Of a stretch of DNA of 64,000 nt, positions 58,892 through 64,000 are shown one piece after another (the first letter of the stretch is position 1; the number at the start of each line of letters is the position of its first letter). This stretch comes from a bacterium (GTDB taxonomy: Bacteria > Fidelibacterota > Marinisomatia > Marinisomatales > UBA1611). Both the position numbers and the translations under genes were made by a program. Under the pieces are notes generated by a model that was not told where the DNA came from, did not search any database, and was given only the letters and a program-made list of their open reading frames with translations. The DNA lies in NCBI GenBank assembly GCA_004321745.1, contig SGYO01000002.1, positions 47,959-111,958 on the forward strand, given 5' to 3'.

Positions 58892-61186
58892 TTATTTATA
58901 TAAAAATTTTGGTTTAACTAAGCTAACAAGCGCTGGGAGGATGGCCATCCCACCAATCAAACAGAACCCAATTGATGCCATAATTAATATACTGAACTCT
59001 TTTAAAGGCATGAATACAGAAAACATTAAAACTGAAAAGCCAACGATTACAGAAATGCCATTAAATAATATTCCTTTCCCTGATACTTTCATTGTATTAG
59101 AAATTGCATCATCCAAATTGTCCCCTTCCCTTAGATGTTCTCGGAGATGCCAAAGAAAATGTACAGAATAGTCTATACCAACACCAACTAAAATGCATGT
59201 TAGCAGAGATGTAGTCATATTAAGTGGAATACTAAAATTACCCAATAAGCCAAAAATAAGTATTACAGCCAGCAGCATTGGAAGGCTTGCTAGTACCCCA
59301 CCAATTAATGATCTAAATACTAACGCCATAATACTAAATAAAATTATTGAAGCTATTCCTAAGCTAATGATTTGACCTCTTATTACAGAATGACTTACTG
59401 CACCCAATAATGCTGCCGGGCCCGACAGCATTGGATTAATAGGCTGGCCGTCATAATAGTTTGATTTTATATAATCCTCAGTATCGTCTACTAGGGCCAT
59501 TAGATCTACGGTACTAACTTTTTTTATTCGAACGAATCCCTGAGAATAATTTGGGTCGTCAGTATCATTTAATATTAGATCAAAATCATTATCCTCTCCC
59601 GCAATAGAATATAAAAACATATATTGTTCAATAAGCTCTCGGCTTGAAGGTATCTTTAAGGAATCAGGGTTACCATTATGAAAGGAATAATGCATTTTTT
59701 TTACAACATCTGCAATAGAGTATGTCGAACTAACGATGCTATTTTTTTCTTTTATGTGAGACATCAATTTGTCGATATGCTCTAATGATAAGGGATCATA
59801 AATATCACCCTCAATTAATATATTAAGTTGAGTTGAGCCTCCAAAAACTTCACTAATTACTGCGCTTGATTTTCTAATTTTTGAATCTTTGGGAAAGTAG
59901 TTGTCTGGAACAGTATCAATTGTTATATCTCTTATGCCAAAAGAAAAAATAAACATTATCGAGAATAAAACAGCTAAAAAAGGCACTCTATTCTTGACAA
60001 AAAACTTCCCCCAATTGATTAAAAAATTATTTACTGTTTCTAAGCTTTTTTCTTTTCCTAGGTATGTTGGCCTTGGAACTAAAATAAGAATCGCAGGTAT
60101 TAGAAGAAGACTCAAGAAGAACGAAACTGCAATACCAAAGGATACTAATAATCCAATTTCTCTAACCTTAGAAAGCTCATGAGTAACTAAGCTTAGGAAA
60201 CTAATTACAGTAGTAAATCCAGCGAGGAAAATAGGCATTCCCAACCTTTTCATAGTTCTCTTTAAAATTTCGACTCTATCTAAGTTTAAATCTAATTTGG
60301 TAAACTCATAATAATGAGATATGATATGAATACCATAATTATTTGCAATTGCAATAAGCATAATTGGAATTAAACCGCCTATAATTGGAACGGATATGTC
60401 CAACCAAGCCATTAATCCAAACGTCCATAAAATGGAAAACCCAACTACAAACAAGGGCAAAAAAGTTCCAGTCCAACTTCTAAAGCTTAAAATTAATAGA
60501 AGTATCATTAAACCTAATGCTATAGGTGTAAATGTTCTCATATCTCTTTTTACACTGTCAATAGACTCTGCAGCAGAAATAATTGAACTAGCGATATAAA
60601 TATCTTCAATTCCTTTAAAACTGTCAATGATTTGAAATAAGTTTTCTCTAAATGCTATTTCATCAAAATCAGTAGGGGCGGTAATTTGTGCAATAAAACA
60701 CATAATATTTAGTTCAGCGGATATAAGACTACCGATAATTTCACTAGCCTGAATTTTCTCAATGAAAGCAGATGTCTCCAATGAATCTTCAGGTATTTTG
60801 TTAAGTATTTTTTGTATTTCAAAGCCACCATCATCTGGAACAATATATTTTTGACTATAAATAGAAGCGACCCTGCTTACGGAAGGAATGTTTACTAAAG
60901 AATCATGTAAAGATGAATATTTACCCAAGATTTGCTCTGAAATTAAATTTTCAGATTCTACTGCAATTACCACAATCTCATTACTGCTAAAAAGGTCTTC
61001 AGCAAGCTCCATATTCTTTACAATTTTATGATCTTTAGGTACCAAAGATCTCAGACCTGGATCGATTTTCAACTCATTTATCTTCCACATAAAAAAAATG
61101 GTTAATAGCAATGTAAATGATATTATCGAACGCGGATAATGAGCATCTAACAAAAATAATCGTTTTATTATATTCTTGAGATTCAT
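58892..61186 (-). CDS. MMPL/COG1033-type RND-superfamily exporter, copy 2
   Basis: 764 aa with the same 2 x (soluble loop + ~6 TM) layout as copy 1 and nearly identical length. Confidence 0.75.
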   Translation of the reverse strand: MNLKNIIKRLFLLDAHYPRSIISFTLLLTIFFMWKINELKIDPGLRSLVPKDHKIVKNMELAEDLFSSNEIVVIAVESENLISEQILGKYSSLHDSLVNIPSVSRVASIYSQKYIVPDDGGFEIQKILNKIPEDSLETSAFIEKIQASEIIGSLISAELNIMCFIAQITAPTDFDEIAFRENLFQIIDSFKGIEDIYIASSIISAAESIDSVKRDMRTFTPIALGLMILLLILSFRSWTGTFLPLFVVGFSILWTFGLMAWLDISVPIIGGLIPIMLIAIANNYGIHIISHYYEFTKLDLNLDRVEILKRTMKRLGMPIFLAGFTTVISFLSLVTHELSKVREIGLLVSFGIAVSFFLSLLLIPAILILVPRPTYLGKEKSLETVNNFLINWGKFFVKNRVPFLAVLFSIMFIFSFGIRDITIDTVPDNYFPKDSKIRKSSAVISEVFGGSTQLNILIEGDIYDPLSLEHIDKLMSHIKEKNSIVSSTYSIADVVKKMHYSFHNGNPDSLKIPSSRELIEQYMFLYSIAGEDNDFDLILNDTDDPNYSQGFVRIKKVSTVDLMALVDDTEDYIKSNYYDGQPINPMLSGPAALLGAVSHSVIRGQIISLGIASIILFSIMALVFRSLIGGVLASLPMLLAVILIFGLLGNFSIPLNMTTSLLTCILVGVGIDYSVHFLWHLREHLREGDNLDDAISNTMKVSGKGILFNGISVIVGFSVLMFSVFMPLKEFSILIMASIGFCLIGGMAILPALVSLVKPKFLYK

Positions 61187-61273
61187 AATGTTTTAAAGAA
61201 AGGGAATTTACATAGTAATATTTTTATATGTTAAGAACTACAATATCTAATTTTTTTATTAGTAATATCTCAA

Positions 61274-61900
61274 ATGATTGACTTAAAAAATCCAACAATA
61301 GTGCTTGTAAATGGAGAATTTCCCAAGCATAAATCAGCTTTAGATTTTCTAAACTTTGATTATAATATCATATGCACAGATGGCTCTGCTGATAAATTAG
61401 AAGAGCACGGGATACCTCCAAAAATAATAATTGGTGATTTTGATTCTACTAAAATCATACACAAAAAAAACGAAGCATTATGGATAGAAAGGCAGGACCA
61501 AAATAAAACTGATTTAGAAAAAGCATTTGAATGGTGCTTATCAAAAAATATCAAAAAAATTATTCTACTTGGTGCGGGAGGTTTAAGAGAAGATCATATG
61601 CTTGGTAATTTGTTTGTAGTTTCGAAGTTTTCTGATCTTTTTGAAATTGAAGTAGTAACAAATCATTCTACAATTTTTTGTATTAAAGGTTCAAAAACAA
61701 TAGAAGCAAAAATAGGACAGCAAATATCAATTGTTGCAGCTGAAAATGTCGAAAGAATCACAGTAACTGGATTAAAATATAGTTTAACAAATGAGCCTCT
61801 GAGCCCATCATCAAGAGCAATTTCGAATGAAGCAATTAGAGAAAAATTTTCTATTGAATGCACTGATAAAATTTTTTTATTTCTAAACCACATCGATTAA
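61274..61900 (+). CDS. thiN: Thiamine pyrophosphokinase
   Basis: 208 aa with IICTDGSA, IIGDFDS, DQNKTDLEKA and GAGGLREDHMLGN motifs. Confidence 0.8.
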   Translation: MIDLKNPTIVLVNGEFPKHKSALDFLNFDYNIICTDGSADKLEEHGIPPKIIIGDFDSTKIIHKKNEALWIERQDQNKTDLEKAFEWCLSKNIKKIILLGAGGLREDHMLGNLFVVSKFSDLFEIEVVTNHSTIFCIKGSKTIEAKIGQQISIVAAENVERITVTGLKYSLTNEPLSPSSRAISNEAIREKFSIECTDKIFLFLNHID

Positions 61901-63286
61901 ATGAATATCACAAAAATCGATATTATTATTATTATTGCTTACTTTATCTTTTTAGTTCTACTAGGTTTTTTCAGAAAACCAAAAGCAACTATTAGCCAAA
62001 GAGATTACATAATACATGGAAGAAAATTAAGCTTACCAGGTTTTGTAATTTCGCTAGTAAGTACATGGTACGGTGCTATTTTAGGAGTCGGAGAAAATAC
62101 ATACTTATACGGAATTCAGACTTGGTTTATATTCGGATTACCTTATTATTTTTTTGCAGTAATATATGCTTTTTGGCTTTCAAAAAAAATTTGGAGCAAA
62201 AATATATTATCTATTCCGGATGTATTTCGAAGCAGTTATGGCGAAAACATTGGAATTATCAGCGCTGTTTTTATTTTTTTATTATCTAGCCCGGCACCAT
62301 ATATACTTAGCCTTGGTGTTTTAATTAATTTCGTATTTGACATTGAATTAATTTGGTGCATTTTTATTGCAACTGGCTTTAGCACTATTTATGTATGGAA
62401 TGGGGGTATATCTGCCATAGTAAAAACAGATTTTCTTCAAATGTTTTTGATGTTTGCAGGTTTTTTCATGCTCGTATGCTTTGCATGGTATAATTCTGTT
62501 TCCCCATTAGAATTATATTCATCTTTGCCTGATAGTCACTTGGACCCTCTTGGTGGAAATAGTTTACAATATATTACAGTCTGGTTCTTTATAGCTATTT
62601 GGACAATAATTGACCCTAATTTTTTTCAAAGGGTTGCTTCTGTTAAATCTGCAGAGATAGCAAAAAAAGGCTTAATTGTCTCAATATTTTTGTGGTTTAT
62701 TTTTGATCTAATTACCATCACAGCAGGACTATATGCATTTATTTTCATAGTCCCTGATAATCCTGTTATGTCTTATCCTCTACTAGGACTGAAGGTACTG
62801 CCTCCGGGATTTTTGGGATTATTTATTGTCTCATTATTTGCAATTATTATGTCGACAATCGATTCTATGAGTTTTGTGAATGCCATAACAATTGGAAGAG
62901 ACATAATATGGAGGTTAAGAAAAAAAGATTCAAGAAAAAACCCAGTCTTTTTAATAAAAAATGGGCTAATCATTGTTGCTATTTTATCTATTTCACTTTC
63001 TATTTTAATTCCGTCTGTTGTTAAAATGTTATTTATACTAGGTTCACTTTTTATTCCCGGTGTTATCATACCATTCATAAATGCAATCCTTAACAAAAAA
63101 CTTCACTTTACAGAAAAAAACATGATTATATGGATAGTCATGCCTATTTGCATTTCAACGCTTTCATTTATCATGGCAAAATTAGGCTTTCAACAATTTT
63201 CAGTAATTGAGCCATTTTACCTTGGCATGTTCACATCTATAATATTTTTTGGATATTTTAGAATGAAATCAAATAATAAAACCTAG
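61901..63286 (+). CDS. Sodium:solute symporter (SSS) family transporter
   Basis: 461 aa with about 12-13 TM segments. It starts the nucleotide after the thiN stop. Confidence 0.65.
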   Translation: MNITKIDIIIIIAYFIFLVLLGFFRKPKATISQRDYIIHGRKLSLPGFVISLVSTWYGAILGVGENTYLYGIQTWFIFGLPYYFFAVIYAFWLSKKIWSKNILSIPDVFRSSYGENIGIISAVFIFLLSSPAPYILSLGVLINFVFDIELIWCIFIATGFSTIYVWNGGISAIVKTDFLQMFLMFAGFFMLVCFAWYNSVSPLELYSSLPDSHLDPLGGNSLQYITVWFFIAIWTIIDPNFFQRVASVKSAEIAKKGLIVSIFLWFIFDLITITAGLYAFIFIVPDNPVMSYPLLGLKVLPPGFLGLFIVSLFAIIMSTIDSMSFVNAITIGRDIIWRLRKKDSRKNPVFLIKNGLIIVAILSISLSILIPSVVKMLFILGSLFIPGVIIPFINAILNKKLHFTEKNMIIWIVMPICISTLSFIMAKLGFQQFSVIEPFYLGMFTSIIFFGYFRMKSNNKT

Positions 63287-63287
63287 T

Positions 63288-64000
63288 TCAATCAATTTGC
63301 CCGATAGATCTTAAAATATCAACAAACCATTTTTCTTTGTGGTCAAAAGGTTTTTCTCCTTTTATACGATTGAAATCAATGAGTAATAGTTCACCATTTT
63401 CATCCATATCCAAACCGACTAAACCACTCTCGTGATCTAAAGCACATTTTGCTGCTAATTGGGCAGAGTTTTTGATAAGCTGAAAATCTCTATCATTTGA
63501 TTTAGCTGATCTAGCGAAATACCCACTTTTTTGGACCAATGTTTTTTCAGCGTTTAATGCTTTTGAATACCTTTTTGCAAACCATTGCCCTGGATTGATT
63601 TCATCTAGTTTTACATGGCCGAATGCATCTCTAGGAATTTCCTCCCCATTACTTTCCATTTCTCTAGTAATAGCCTCTAATCCAGCGCCCTCACTTAAAA
63701 AAATATTTACACAATCTTTTTTATCCATAACCTTTTTCAAACGTTCAGCTTCTACCTGAAAATCAAAATCAATTTCTGGAATGTAAATTGCATCTATGCC
63801 CCACCTTTTATCATCAATCAATAACTCGGGAAAAAACACTTTATTTTTAACCCTGTCATTATATTCTAAAGCTGTTTGAGCGGTAAGATACCCACAGTTG
63901 CGTCCCATAACTTCGTGAATAATAAGTTGCCTCGTACTTGTAGTATTTTCATTAACAATATTTTCAAAAAAAATAGCACCTTGCTCTGCTGCAGTCCAAG
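63288..64000 (-). CDS. Phosphofructokinase-family protein (ATP- or PPi-dependent), C-terminal part; N-terminus off window
   Basis: Track ORF starts at an internal Met (63908). The frame stays open to the window edge (...WTAAEQGAIFFENIVNENTTSTRQLIIHEVMGRNCGYLTA). HEVMGRxxGxL is the PFK signature. Confidence 0.8.
   Translation of the reverse strand, partial: WTAAEQGAIFFENIVNENTTSTRQLIIHEVMGRNCGYLTAQTALEYNDRVKNKVFFPELLIDDKRWGIDAIYIPEIDFDFQVEAERLKKVMDKKDCVNIFLSEGAGLEAITREMESNGEEIPRDAFGHVKLDEINPGQWFAKRYSKALNAEKTLVQKSGYFARSAKSNDRDFQLIKNSAQLAAKCALDHESGLVGLDMDENGELLLIDFNRIKGEKPFDHKEKWFVDILRSIGQID

Noticed and set aside
44219-61186. The possibility that the sulfation locus is a horizontally acquired genomic island or mobile element.
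   Set aside because: No integrase, transposase, tRNA attachment site, flanking direct repeats or obvious compositional break is visible by eye. The flanks are ordinary housekeeping genes. A quantitative GC-skew or k-mer analysis was not possible here.
61187-61273. A possible TPP riboswitch upstream of thiamine pyrophosphokinase.
   Set aside because: The gap is only 87 nt and very AT-rich. I could not find the conserved CUGAGA / ACCUGAUCUGGAUAAUGCCAGCG-type cores by eye. A covariance-model scan would be the definitive check.
1-64000. A search for CRISPR arrays, tRNA/rRNA genes, IS elements, toxin-antitoxin pairs and known defence-system hallmarks (nucleases, STAND/AAA ATPases, methylases).
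   Set aside because: None was found. There are no spaced direct repeats and no GC-rich structured RNA-like segments. All gaps over 60 bp are accounted for as promoters or terminators, and all sizeable ORFs have metabolic or envelope assignments.

Overview
AT-rich, very gene-dense chromosomal window: about 61 CDS, and the largest gap is 301 bp. It looks like a streamlined marine bacterium of an FCB-type lineage, possibly Marinimicrobia/SAR406-like (low confidence). Three proteins end in FPNPFNP-type T9SS/Por C-terminal sorting domains, there are many lipoproteins, and Shine-Dalgarno sites are in use. I saw no rRNA, tRNA, CRISPR, transposase or integrase, and TGA acts as a stop codon (standard code).

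Content from left to right:
- 1-7797: a minus-strand surface operon with a TonB-dependent receptor, a T9SS-CTD protein, a TlpA-like thioredoxin and a giant tandem CRTAC1/ASPIC protein.
- 7909-13445: a dacB-ldcA-spmA-spmB-permease operon.
- 13442-14508: a Tat-Rieske-like protein, a small membrane protein and a Cys-rich protein.
- 14554-17214: a photolyase-related operon that includes an untracked 53-aa DUF2256 gene and an atypical CPF protein.
- 17516-22118: a D-amino-acid/muropeptide peptidase operon.
- 22221-25686: a PerR-type oxidative-stress node (rubrerythrin, CCG Fe-S protein, DUF3501, Fur/PerR, peroxiredoxin).
- 25771-44198: housekeeping genes (gdh, tkt, rpe, rpiB, dipeptidase, LOG, amidohydrolases, hydroxyacyl-CoA dehydrogenase).
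- 61274-64000: thiamine pyrophosphokinase plus an SSS transporter, and a partial phosphofructokinase.

The most interesting region is a ~17-kb three-operon locus at 44219-61186. It combines a fused ATP sulfurylase/APS kinase (PAPS synthase), a membrane-anchored PAPS-type sulfotransferase, two exported ASST-like beta-propellers (one with a dockerin-like tail, one with a T9SS CTD), a KAS III-like condensing enzyme, an exported START-like lipid binder, a beta-barrel OMP, an LRR surface protein and two paralogous MMPL(COG1033)/LolA-like export modules. I interpret it as a candidate, apparently uncharacterised system that builds, exports and displays a sulfated lipid or sulfated envelope component.
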